64,000 nucleotides of DNA from Chamaesiphon sp. (lineage in GTDB: Bacteria; Cyanobacteriota; Cyanobacteriia; Cyanobacteriales; Chamaesiphonaceae), in assembly GCA_965246715.1 (NCBI GenBank), contig CBDFFH010000022.1, positions 32,001-96,000 of the forward strand. The letters run 5' to 3'. The translations under genes and the position numbers were made by a program. Shown here in pieces: positions 21,419 to 31,613 of the stretch. The notes beneath the pieces are model-generated. The model saw only the letters and a program-made list of their open reading frames with translations. It was not told where the DNA came from and did no database searches. Each line of letters opens with the position of its first letter. Positions within the stretch are counted from its first letter, which is position 1.

Positions 21419-22493
21419 AAAAAAAATCAATACAAAGACAAACTATGATAGCACGGCACCAACTCTTAAGAAAATGAATGCAGATCTTGTCCGAGAGATC
21501 GAATCATGGCAAAAGCTCGATCGATGTCCTGCCTGTCATCAGAATTCTTTGGCTATGTTCTCAACAATTAAACATATCCCATATAGTCGCTGTCGAAGCT
21601 GTGGTTTTAGATTTGCCAATCCAGTGCCGTCAGATAAAACGCTTAGTGATTTTTACAATAGTTCTTTCTATTGTAACTACAGACAACTTGAAGAAAATCA
21701 AATAGCTCTTGGAAACCGTTTTAGTATTAGCATTGGTACTAACATAATGCGCGAACTCGCAATTTGGCTGGGAACCGATGAATCTCTTAAAATCCTCGAT
21801 TACGGATGTGGCCCAGGCACTTTTGCATCGATTTTACGCGATGAGTTCAACTTTGCGAATGTTGAAGCTCTCGAACTAAATCAAAAAAGCATCACGATTG
21901 CCGATCGATATTATGGTTTAAAAATTGTATCATCACCAAAAGATTTGCAACATAAATCATATGATTGTGTCGTACTTTTAGAAGTGTTAGAACATATTCC
22001 AAGACCAGATATTTTCCTCGAACAGGTAGTCAAAATGGTTAATCCTGGGGGTTGCTTACTTATTTCTACCCCTGCAGTTGACAATCTACTCGGTCTTTTA
22101 TTGCCCAAATATGCTGAGGCTCCTTACACAGCACCCTGTCATATAAGTTTATTCACAAAAGAAGCAATGAGTTGTTTGCTTTCACGCTTTGATTTTAATA
22201 TTGAACGCATTAAAATATCTGAATCTTGGGGAGTAATAGAAAAAATATTTGCAAGTATCATATACGAGCTGGATTTCTTAAGCCCACAACATGATGATGA
22301 TTTTAATGATTTACTTTATACTCCAAATGCCCTAGGTCAAATCCTTGGACTTCAGCCACGAAGATCTCTTCCTGTGAATCTTTTTTTTCGATTTCTAAGA
22401 TATGCGGATCGTTTGTGTACACGTATTTTTAGACGCGTACCAGGTGTCCCGATGAATGGTCATCTATACGTGCTTGCCCGCAAACATCTGTGA
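21411..22493 (+). CDS. Class I SAM methyltransferase with N-terminal Zn finger
   Basis: CPAC..CRSC, LDYGCGPG, EVLEH. Confidence 0.85.
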   Translation: MAEKKINTKTNYDSTAPTLKKMNADLVREIESWQKLDRCPACHQNSLAMFSTIKHIPYSRCRSCGFRFANPVPSDKTLSDFYNSSFYCNYRQLEENQIALGNRFSISIGTNIMRELAIWLGTDESLKILDYGCGPGTFASILRDEFNFANVEALELNQKSITIADRYYGLKIVSSPKDLQHKSYDCVVLLEVLEHIPRPDIFLEQVVKMVNPGGCLLISTPAVDNLLGLLLPKYAEAPYTAPCHISLFTKEAMSCLLSRFDFNIERIKISESWGVIEKIFASIIYELDFLSPQHDDDFNDLLYTPNALGQILGLQPRRSLPVNLFFRFLRYADRLCTRIFRRVPGVPMNGHLYVLARKHL

Positions 22494-22530
22494 CGAGCTT
22501 TATTTAGATTAAAAAATTCAGACAAGAAAA

Positions 22531-23718
22531 ATGCAAAATATTCCGATCGCCAAACCCTGGATGGGTGAAGCTGAAGCTAAAGCCGCAAGTCGTGCCATCA
22601 TGTCCGGCTGGGTGACGCAAGGGCCAGAAGTAGCGGCCTTCGAGCGAGAGTTTGCTGCTTATGTAGGCGCAGAACATGCTTGCGCCGTCTCGAATTGTAC
22701 GACAGCCCTGCACTTGGCACTGTTGGCAGTGGGCGTGCAGCCTGACGATGAGGTGATTACAGTCAGTCATTCTTATATTGCGACTGCCAATAGCATCCGT
22801 TATTGTGGGGCTGTTCCCGTATTTGTAGACATCGATCCGCAATCCTACAACATTAATCCAGTTTTAATTGCTGATGCGATTAGCGATCGCACGCGCGCGA
22901 TTTTGGTAGTCCATCAAATTGGGATGCCTTGCGATCTGAGAGCGATTTTAGCGATCGCACGCCAGTACAATTTACCTGTCATCGAAGATGCAGCTTGTGC
23001 GATCGGTAGTGAAATTTTTTGGGATAATGAGTGGCAAAAAATTGGCCAGCCGCATGGCGATATTGCTTGTTTCTCGTTCCATCCCCGCAAGGTGATTTCG
23101 ACTGGCGATGGTGGCATGTTAACGACCAATAATCCGGAATGGGATCGGCAGTTTCGACTGTTGCGGCAGCATGGCATGAGCGTCGCCGATACCGTCCGTC
23201 ATGGCTCCAAACAAGTAATTTTTGAGTCTTACCCCGTTTTGGGCTACAACTACCGGATGACGGACATTCAAGCTGCCGTCGGACGCGAACAACTCAAACG
23301 CTTGCCGGAAATTGTCGAACGCCGCCGCTATTTGGCACGGCAATATCAGGAAATGTTGGCAGATGTCGAAGGCTTTAAATTACCTACGGAGCCAGATTGG
23401 GCGCGCAGTAACTGGCAGAGTTTTTGTATCAGACTGACTGATAAATACGACCAAGTACGAGTGATGCAGGAAATGCTCGATCTAGGCATTGCTACCCGAC
23501 GCGGCATTATGTGTACCCATCGCGAACCTGCTTATCAACATCAAAAGTGGTCTTGTGGCGCTGTTAGGGCAGGATGTAGCTGTCAGCCGGGAAGCTGCGA
23601 TCGATTGATTGACAGCGAACGAGCGCAAGATCATTGTATTTTACTCCCACTGTTTCATCATATGACCGACGGCGATCTCGATCGCGTTGTGAGTCCCTTA
23701 AAAAATCTATCGATCTAA
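22531..23718 (+). CDS. DegT/DnrJ/EryC1/StrS sugar aminotransferase
   Basis: EDAACAIG, FSFHPRK, GYNYRMTD. Confidence 0.93.
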   Translation: MQNIPIAKPWMGEAEAKAASRAIMSGWVTQGPEVAAFEREFAAYVGAEHACAVSNCTTALHLALLAVGVQPDDEVITVSHSYIATANSIRYCGAVPVFVDIDPQSYNINPVLIADAISDRTRAILVVHQIGMPCDLRAILAIARQYNLPVIEDAACAIGSEIFWDNEWQKIGQPHGDIACFSFHPRKVISTGDGGMLTTNNPEWDRQFRLLRQHGMSVADTVRHGSKQVIFESYPVLGYNYRMTDIQAAVGREQLKRLPEIVERRRYLARQYQEMLADVEGFKLPTEPDWARSNWQSFCIRLTDKYDQVRVMQEMLDLGIATRRGIMCTHREPAYQHQKWSCGAVRAGCSCQPGSCDRLIDSERAQDHCILLPLFHHMTDGDLDRVVSPLKNLSI

Positions 23719-23720
23719 AT

Positions 23721-24041
23721 TCAGGAAGTTACATCTATGATTATCAGCAATCCTGTCAAAAATATGCCGACTCGATCGAACTTTTGGGTGTCGATCTTTA
23801 TCTCGATACAAAAGTTGAAAAAATTATCGAACTAGAGGATCTCATTCCTAGCCATGCTGGGGTGAGAGTGCAAGACTTGATGAATGATGGACGACTGACG
23901 GACGATTTTTCGATCGTCAAAACCCAAAATTCAATCCACGTTTGTAACGTGCCTTCGCCAGCAGCAACTTCTTCACTAGAAATAGGGAAAGCAATTGCCG
24001 AACAACAGCTCGCTCTGTGGGTTAAACAGAATCAAATGTAA
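23721..24041 (+). pseudogene. lhgO: L-2-hydroxyglutarate oxidase remnant (no N-terminus, internal deletion)
   Basis: A mid-protein piece (DYQQSCQKYA..TKVEKI) is fused to the C-terminal piece (DLIPSHAGVR..DDF..HVCNVPSPAATSSLEIG); no FAD-binding N-terminus. Confidence 0.75.
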
Positions 24042-24133
24042 AGATAATTCATCGCTGCTCCCTCTGTTCGATTGATTAAGCCTAATTACTTGTCGATCTC
24101 GTTAATCGATCGGCTAATCTCCACAGAGCTATG

Positions 24134-24177
24134 TTTTTTTACGTCGTTTTACGTATTTTTTTACGTCGTTCTACGTA
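24134..24177. repeat. 22-bp tandem duplication with four TACGT motifs, possible regulator array
   Basis: TTTTTTTACGTCGTTTTACGTA followed by TTTTTTTACGTCGTTCTACGTA. Confidence 0.7.
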
Positions 24178-24519
24178 TTTACATTTAAATGACTTTAATA
24201 CCACAATAAGCTATATGCTATCAGAAAGATACTAAATAAACAATTATGGCACTGCCCTCAAGTTAAATTAATTCTTCAAATGTAACTGCTTGTGTTACGA
24301 GCATTATTTGATTTATGTCAGTCGAGCTGTATTCCCGCTCTAGCTTTGAAGATAATTCAATTTAGCAGTCTTCTGTGGATCGTGTTCAGCAGCAATATTT
24401 ATGTTTACTGATAAAGTATGTTTCTTAGCTGGAGATTTTTCTATTGCCATTAGTAACATCTTTTTAGAAAGAGGCGATCGTTAGACTATACACCTATTGA
24501 AAACAACATAGAAAGTGTC

Positions 24520-27500
24520 ATGAACTCAGACAATTATTTTGTGAACCAGACAATTGAATCGCTACTAACACCACAGCAATTCACAAATCCCCTAGAATTG
24601 CCAGCAATTTCTGGGCGCAACTTAATCAGTCCGCACACAATTGCATTTGTCGATTCCAATATTGATGATGCAATGACAGTCATGGCAAACCTCACATCGG
24701 ATGTCAAAATTCTCCTCGACCCCACCCGAGATGGGATTGCCCAAATCACTGAAGCCCTCAAAAACTATCAGGGATTGTCAGGCATCGATATTATCTCCCA
24801 CGGCAGTGTCGCCAATCTACAATTAGGAAACAATTCGCTCAACGCAAACTCTCTATCACAATATACTAACGCTCTCCAGCAATGGAAAACAGCCCTCACT
24901 TCAGAAGCAGATATCCTGATTTACGGCTGTAATGTTGCTGCGGGAGAATCTGGGCAAACCTTCATCAATAAGATCGGTAATGTAACTGGGGCCGATGTTG
25001 CAGCATCTATAGATACTACAGGCAATGCAGCCAAAGGTGGCAATTGGACGCTGGAGTATGCCACAGGCAAGATTGAGACGGCTACGCCTTTTACAGATTT
25101 CTTGATGAATTCTTACCAGGGAATTTTACCTAGTCTGTTCACGACTCAAACCCCAGTCCGAACCAACTTAACAGATGGGACGGGCAGTAACGGAGATTAC
25201 GAGTTGGGGATGGAATTTCAAAGTGCCAAGAGCGGCCAAATTAACGCCATTCGGTACTACAAAGCCGCCAGCGAGACTGGCACTCATATCGGGAAAATTT
25301 GGTCGAGTACGGGGCAAGAACTCGCTAGTGTCACCTTCGCCAACGAAACCGCAGCGGGATGGCAACAGCAGACATTAGCAACGCCGTTAACCATTGCCGC
25401 GAATACCAACTATGTCGTCTCAGTTAACGCCAATCAATATTATGTCACGACCAATAATGGCATTGCGACGACCATTACCAATGGGGACATCAGTGCAATT
25501 GCTGATGGGAGTAACGGGGTCTATAACGAGACACCCAGCACTTTCCCCACTCAATCCTATCAAAACAGCAACTATTTCCGCGATATTGTCTTTACGCCCG
25601 TTAACGCCCCAGCCGCAAATGGGACGATCTCACTGAGTGGCACTCCAACTCAAAATCAAATCTTAACCGCAACGATTTCCGATAGTGATGGTTTGAGTGG
25701 AGTCACCCCGGCCTACCAATGGCAACAAAGTACTAACGGTACGACTTGGACGAATATTACCGGAGCAACCAGTCAGGCATTTACCCTAACGCAAGCCCAA
25801 GTTAGCAACCAAGTGCGAGCCACAGCTTCCTATACCGACCCACTAGGTAGCAGTGAAAATCCGATTAGTCCAGCCACAGCTGCGGTCGTCAACGTCAACG
25901 ACCTGGGAATAGTCGCCATTGCCGGGACAACAGCAGTCGGACAAACGCTCAGTGCCAACGTCACCGATGTAGATGGATTAACTGGAGTCACACCCACATA
26001 TCAATGGCAGCAAAGTACTAATGGTACGACCTGGACGGTGATTGGTGGAGCAACTAGTCAGATATTTACCCTCGCACAAGCACAAGTCGGCAACCAAGTG
26101 CGCATCAATGCTGTCTACACTGATGCTTTAGGTGGTAATGAAAACATTCTCAGTCCAGCGACAAGCGCAATTACCACCGCTGCCGCTACTGAAACACTGT
26201 TCACGACTCAAACCCCAGTCCGAACCAACTTAACAGATGGGACGGGCAGTAACGGAGATTACGAGTTGGGGATGGAATTTCAAAGTGCCAAGAGCGGCCA
26301 AATTAACGCCATTCGGTACTACAAAGCCGCCAGCGAGACTGGCACTCATATCGGGAAAATTTGGTCGAGTACGGGGCAAGAACTCGCTAGTGTCACCTTC
26401 GCCAACGAAACCGCAGCGGGATGGCAACAGCAGACATTAGCAACGCCGTTAACCATTGCCGCGAATACCAACTATGTCGTCTCAGTTAACGCCAATCAAT
26501 ATTATGTCACGACCAATAATGGCATTGCGACGACCATTACCAATGGGGACATCAGTGCAATTGCTGATGGGAGTAACGGGGTCTATAACGAGACACCCAG
26601 CACTTTCCCCACTCAATCCTATCAAAACAGCAACTATTTCCGCGATATTGTCTTTACGCCCGTTAACGCCCCAGCCGCAAATGGGACGATCTCACTGAGT
26701 GGCACTCCAACTCAAAATCAAATCTTAACCGCAACGATTTCCGATAGTGATGGTTTGAGTGGAGTCACCCCGGCCTACCAATGGCAACAAAGTACTAACG
26801 GTACGACTTGGACGAATATTACCGGAGCAACCAGTCAGGCATTTACCCTAACGCAAGCCCAAGTTAGCAACCAAGTGCGAGCCACAGCTTCCTATACCGA
26901 CCCACTAGGTAGCAGTGAAAATCCGATTAGTCCAGCCACAGCTGCGGTCGTCAACGTCAACGACCTGGGAATAGTCGCCATTGCCGGGACAACAGCAGTC
27001 GGACAAACGCTCAGTGCCAACGTCACCGATGTAGATGGATTAACTGGAGTCACACCCACATATCAATGGCAGCAAAGTACTAATGGTACGACCTGGACGG
27101 TGATTGGTGGAGCAACTAGTCAGATATTTACCCTCGCACAAGCACAAGTCGGCAACCAAGTGCGCATCAATGCTATCTACACTGATGCTTTAGGTGGTAA
27201 TGAAAACATTCTCAGTCCAGCGACAAGCGCAATTACCACCGCTGCCGCTACTGAAACACTGTTCACGACTCAAACCCCAGTCCGAACCAACTTAACAGAT
27301 GGGACGGGCAGTAACGGAGATTACGAGTTGGGGATGGAATTTCAAAGTGCCAAGAGCGGCCAAATTAACGCCATTCGGTACTACAAAGCCGCCAGCGAGA
27401 CTGGCACTCATATCGGGAAAATTTGGTCGAGTACGGGGCAAGAACTCGCTAGTGTCACCTTCGCCAACGAAACCGCAGCGGGATGGCAACAGCAGACATT

Positions 27501-29754
27501 AGCAACGCCGTTAACCATTGCCGCGAATACCAACTATGTCGTCTCAGTTAACGCCAATCAATATTATGTCACGACCAATAATGGCATTGCGACGACCATT
27601 ACCAATGGGGACATCAGTGCAATTGCTGATGGGAGTAACGGGGTCTATAACGAGACACCCAGCACTTTCCCCACTCAATCCTATCAAAACAGCAACTATT
27701 TCCGCGATATTGTCTTTACGCCGAGTAATAATAGTTTGCCACCTAATGGCACCATCTCACTCACTGGTACCCCCACTCAAAATCAAACCTTAACTGCAAC
27801 TGTCGCCGATACTAGTGGATTGACTGGAGTTACCATCAATTATCAATGGCAACAAAGTACTAACGGCACCACCTGGACGAATATTACAGGTGCCACTAAC
27901 TCCACCTTCACCCTCGCTCAAGCCCAAGTGAATCAGCAAGTGCGGGTGACAGCGTCCTATACTGATGCTCTTGGCAGTAGTGAAAATCCCATCAGTAAAG
28001 CTACGGCTGCGGTCGTCAACGTCAATGATGTAGGTACGGTCATCCTCAAGGGTAGTGCGACAATTGGACACGATCTAGACGAAACGGTTTTGGATATCGA
28101 TGGGCTGTCTGGAGGCACCATCAACTATCAGTGGCAGCAATTTGTCAACAGTACCTGGAGCAATGTTGCTGGAGCAACATCCAAATCACTAACCCTAACC
28201 ACGGCACTATTAGGACAACAAATACGGGTGTTGGCAAGCTATATTGATGCTCTGGGTAGCAGTGAAAACGTCACCAGCTCAGGGGTTACGGTTGCAGCTC
28301 AAAATGCGATCGTCCTAGAAAACCAAAAAGCTGGAACAATAGATTGGGCGATTCCGAGTATTGGTCAGGCAACCACTGAAATTGTCGGTTATGGAGACGC
28401 GACAAGCATCAATAAAGGACAATCAATTAATTTTAAAGTCTCCCTTGCCCAAGCTGGACAGTACCAGATCGACGTGTATCGGTTGGGCTACTATGGTGGT
28501 GCGGGCGGTCGGCTTGTCACCAGTGCAACTGGGCTGAATGGTGTGGCTCAAGCAGGTCCGACAACCGATCCAAACACTAAATTAGTCGAGTACAACTGGA
28601 ATACTTCTTACACATTGCAAACTGGTAATGACTGGACTAGTGGGCTTTACTTTGCTAAGTTGACGGACAGTACAACGGGTAAGCAAAATTACATCCAATT
28701 TACGTTGCGGGATGATAATCGTCCTAGTGATATAGGGTTCCAAGATGCCATTACTACAGCGGCAGCCTATAACAACTATGGTGGTTATAGTGTGTATGAT
28801 TTCAACAGTACGGGCGGACAACGTGCTTACCAAGTATCATTCGATCGACCATTCCAATACAATAACTCTACTGCCTCAGAGCAATTCAACAATACATTGG
28901 CATGGGAATATAACATGACTCGCTGGCTGGAATCCCAAGGTTATGATGTTTCCTACTACACTAATCTAGATGTAAGTAACAATCCCTTACAATTGTATGC
29001 CCAGAAGACCTATCTCTCGGTTGGTCACGATGAGTATTGGTCGAAGTCACAGCGCGATAACGTCGAAACAGCGCGAGACAATGGTACCAACTTGGCCTTC
29101 TTCTCAGCGAATACTGGCTATTGGCAAGTGAGGTTCGACCCTTCCAGTACAGGACAAGCTAACCGCGTGATGACCGTCTACAAAGATACTTCTGGGATTG
29201 GGATTAGTTCTTCACTCGACCCGATTGCCGCAACCAATCCCACGGCCGCAACTACGCTGTTTCGTAGCCCTGAAGTCAATCGACCAGAGAATGCCTTATT
29301 GGGAGTTGGGTACATTGGAGATAAGGGTACTAATAATTTTTACAGTGGCTTTGACTACGTGGTCAGCAATGCCGCCGATCCTTACTATGCGAATACTGGA
29401 CTCCAAAATGGAGATAGACTGCCAGGCTTAGTGGGCTATGAATGGGATGGATTGCTCAACAACGGCTTGACACCTAGTGGTCTTGTTGTTTTATCTCAAT
29501 CACCAGTACAACCACAAGGCTCGACACCACTTCTGCCTCCTGGAACTAGTACAACTATTTCGAGTGCTGTGCGTTACACAGCAGCTAGTGGCGCGAAAGT
29601 CTTCTCCACTGGATCTATTCAGTGGGTGTGGGGACTAGATAGCTATGGAGTACCAGGGTATCAAGCGAATAATCGGGTTCAGCAAATTGCGGTTAATGTT
29701 CTCAAAGATATGGGAGCAGTCCCTCAAACTCCAAATGCTGGTATTACCGTTTGA
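24520..29754 (+). CDS. Large extracellular protein: DUF4347 + 3x DUF4082 + Ig-like repeats + N,N-dimethylformamidase beta-subunit-like domain
   Basis: ISHGS..LQLG / IYGCNVA..G / GGNWTLE (DUF4347); YELGMEF..IRYYK..NYFRDIVF (DUF4082); YRLGYYGG.G, AYNNYGG.S.Y, VSFDRP, SVGHDEYWS, GYEWD. Confidence 0.85.
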   Translation: MNSDNYFVNQTIESLLTPQQFTNPLELPAISGRNLISPHTIAFVDSNIDDAMTVMANLTSDVKILLDPTRDGIAQITEALKNYQGLSGIDIISHGSVANLQLGNNSLNANSLSQYTNALQQWKTALTSEADILIYGCNVAAGESGQTFINKIGNVTGADVAASIDTTGNAAKGGNWTLEYATGKIETATPFTDFLMNSYQGILPSLFTTQTPVRTNLTDGTGSNGDYELGMEFQSAKSGQINAIRYYKAASETGTHIGKIWSSTGQELASVTFANETAAGWQQQTLATPLTIAANTNYVVSVNANQYYVTTNNGIATTITNGDISAIADGSNGVYNETPSTFPTQSYQNSNYFRDIVFTPVNAPAANGTISLSGTPTQNQILTATISDSDGLSGVTPAYQWQQSTNGTTWTNITGATSQAFTLTQAQVSNQVRATASYTDPLGSSENPISPATAAVVNVNDLGIVAIAGTTAVGQTLSANVTDVDGLTGVTPTYQWQQSTNGTTWTVIGGATSQIFTLAQAQVGNQVRINAVYTDALGGNENILSPATSAITTAAATETLFTTQTPVRTNLTDGTGSNGDYELGMEFQSAKSGQINAIRYYKAASETGTHIGKIWSSTGQELASVTFANETAAGWQQQTLATPLTIAANTNYVVSVNANQYYVTTNNGIATTITNGDISAIADGSNGVYNETPSTFPTQSYQNSNYFRDIVFTPVNAPAANGTISLSGTPTQNQILTATISDSDGLSGVTPAYQWQQSTNGTTWTNITGATSQAFTLTQAQVSNQVRATASYTDPLGSSENPISPATAAVVNVNDLGIVAIAGTTAVGQTLSANVTDVDGLTGVTPTYQWQQSTNGTTWTVIGGATSQIFTLAQAQVGNQVRINAIYTDALGGNENILSPATSAITTAAATETLFTTQTPVRTNLTDGTGSNGDYELGMEFQSAKSGQINAIRYYKAASETGTHIGKIWSSTGQELASVTFANETAAGWQQQTLATPLTIAANTNYVVSVNANQYYVTTNNGIATTITNGDISAIADGSNGVYNETPSTFPTQSYQNSNYFRDIVFTPSNNSLPPNGTISLTGTPTQNQTLTATVADTSGLTGVTINYQWQQSTNGTTWTNITGATNSTFTLAQAQVNQQVRVTASYTDALGSSENPISKATAAVVNVNDVGTVILKGSATIGHDLDETVLDIDGLSGGTINYQWQQFVNSTWSNVAGATSKSLTLTTALLGQQIRVLASYIDALGSSENVTSSGVTVAAQNAIVLENQKAGTIDWAIPSIGQATTEIVGYGDATSINKGQSINFKVSLAQAGQYQIDVYRLGYYGGAGGRLVTSATGLNGVAQAGPTTDPNTKLVEYNWNTSYTLQTGNDWTSGLYFAKLTDSTTGKQNYIQFTLRDDNRPSDIGFQDAITTAAAYNNYGGYSVYDFNSTGGQRAYQVSFDRPFQYNNSTASEQFNNTLAWEYNMTRWLESQGYDVSYYTNLDVSNNPLQLYAQKTYLSVGHDEYWSKSQRDNVETARDNGTNLAFFSANTGYWQVRFDPSSTGQANRVMTVYKDTSGIGISSSLDPIAATNPTAATTLFRSPEVNRPENALLGVGYIGDKGTNNFYSGFDYVVSNAADPYYANTGLQNGDRLPGLVGYEWDGLLNNGLTPSGLVVLSQSPVQPQGSTPLLPPGTSTTISSAVRYTAASGAKVFSTGSIQWVWGLDSYGVPGYQANNRVQQIAVNVLKDMGAVPQTPNAGITV
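25135..27722 (+). repeat. 1062-bp near-perfect tandem repeat (~2.4 copies)
   Basis: Units start at 25135, 26197 and 27259; the only difference I noticed is G26113/A27175. Confidence 0.95.
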
Positions 29755-29956
29755 CGAAAAAGGTATGGAAAAGTCTATGTAAATTTGGGCTAATAGTGCA
29801 AAATACCATCAACAAAAGACTGACAGAACTACCTGGATGAGTATCACTAGATCGGGGCTAGCAGCTACATCTCAGAGCTATATATGTTGTTTTTTTACAA
29901 CGGCTAACGTTCACACAACAGCTTTATCTAATTTAGTCTATGAATAGTTAAGTATT

Positions 29957-31612
29957 ATGAGTAATAAATTAACAAACGATATACTGAGGCTTTGGAAAGA
30001 GGATGGTGAACGCATTATTCCACAAAACTTTGAATTATTTCACAGCCTAGTTACACAGGCAAAAAGCTGGTTACAAAAAGGAAATTATGAAGTAGCAGCT
30101 GCACATGGAGAAATTGCGGCTAGGTATGCTCAATATAATCATGGTGGATTTTTCACCAGTCCAGAACTCGAACAAATTCTTCTTGAAATTGGTCGTAAAG
30201 CTATACCAAAGTCATTGTTTTCTCATAAGAATTACAGCCTTATACTTGATGGAAAACCCAAGCAGATACTGCATATTACCACTAATGTTTCTGTGTTTAG
30301 TGGAATTCCTCGATTAATGCGACGCTGGATCGAGCAAGACGATAAAAATTACCATTCAGTTGCTTTGACAAAGCAATCTCCTGACAAAGTGCCTAAAAAC
30401 CTTCGAGAGGCTGTTTTAAATAGACAAGGAAAAATATATGTATTAAATGAAAAAAATCATACGATTATCAACCGAGCAAAGGCACTACGGGAATGTGCAA
30501 CAGGAGCTGATATCATTGTTTTGCATGCATGGGAACATGATGTAGTTCCAATCATTGCCCTTGCCTATAAGGATAAATTAACTCCAATTATTTATACAAA
30601 TCATGGAGATCATTGTTTTTGGCTGGGAACTAGTATTATTGATGTCGTTGCTAATCTACGTGAATCTGGTATGAATTTATCAAAAGAACGTAGGGGTATT
30701 GAAACAATGCGCAATATGCTTCTGCCAACTATTTTAGAACCACTTCATAGACAGCTCTCTCGTGCAGATGCCAAGCAACAACTTGGTATCGATCCTACTA
30801 CTATCGTACTTCTATCGATTGCCCGAGCTGATAAGTACCGAACAATTGACGGTGTTAACTTTGCTGAATTCCATCTTCCATTACTAAAACAACATGAGCA
30901 AGCCATGTTGATTATTATCGGCGCAGGTAATAATAGCGATGAAGATTGGATTGCAGCTATTCAACAAACTCAGGGAAGGATTAGAGTCCTTAGACAAACT
31001 GAAGAAACCGCAGTTTTTTATCAAGCCGCTGATATTTATGTAGATTCATTCCCGTTTGTCTCAAATACGTCACTGCTAGAGGCTGGCAGCTTTGGTAATC
31101 CATTGGTGAGCCGCTTTCCCTATCCCTCTGATGTCTGTGGTATTTTTGGTGCTGATATGCCGGGGTTAAGTGGAAACCTCATTCGCGTAACAGATTTGGA
31201 AAGCTATACGGCTATCTTATCTCGCCTAATTGAGGATGAGGAACATAGACTATCGCTTGGAGAAAAAACTAGAGAAAAGATAGCCAACACCCATTGGGGA
31301 AATGGATGGAAATGTTATTTGAATGATATTTACTGTAATGCAATGAATACTTCCAGGAGCGTTACAAACCCCGTGTTGTTAGATGAGATGTTCTTAGATG
31401 AACCAGATGTATACTTACCAGTGATTCATAAGTCACACATGGAATACGGAAAAATGCTTCAGCCATATTTACCAGCAATGCCTACACTTTATCGGTTGCA
31501 TTTCTGGATTCGGTTTCTCAAACAGTATGGTCTGAAGAATAATCCCATTAATCTATTATTACCCGAATGGTTTCGCTCTCGTTACTACTCATTTCGCTGG
31601 TGGAATAACTAA
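29957..31612 (+). CDS. GT-B fold glycosyltransferase (GT4-like)
   Basis: YQAADIYVDSFP..SLLEA..G.P. Confidence 0.75.
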   Translation: MSNKLTNDILRLWKEDGERIIPQNFELFHSLVTQAKSWLQKGNYEVAAAHGEIAARYAQYNHGGFFTSPELEQILLEIGRKAIPKSLFSHKNYSLILDGKPKQILHITTNVSVFSGIPRLMRRWIEQDDKNYHSVALTKQSPDKVPKNLREAVLNRQGKIYVLNEKNHTIINRAKALRECATGADIIVLHAWEHDVVPIIALAYKDKLTPIIYTNHGDHCFWLGTSIIDVVANLRESGMNLSKERRGIETMRNMLLPTILEPLHRQLSRADAKQQLGIDPTTIVLLSIARADKYRTIDGVNFAEFHLPLLKQHEQAMLIIIGAGNNSDEDWIAAIQQTQGRIRVLRQTEETAVFYQAADIYVDSFPFVSNTSLLEAGSFGNPLVSRFPYPSDVCGIFGADMPGLSGNLIRVTDLESYTAILSRLIEDEEHRLSLGEKTREKIANTHWGNGWKCYLNDIYCNAMNTSRSVTNPVLLDEMFLDEPDVYLPVIHKSHMEYGKMLQPYLPAMPTLYRLHFWIRFLKQYGLKNNPINLLLPEWFRSRYYSFRWWNN

Positions 31613-31613
31613 A

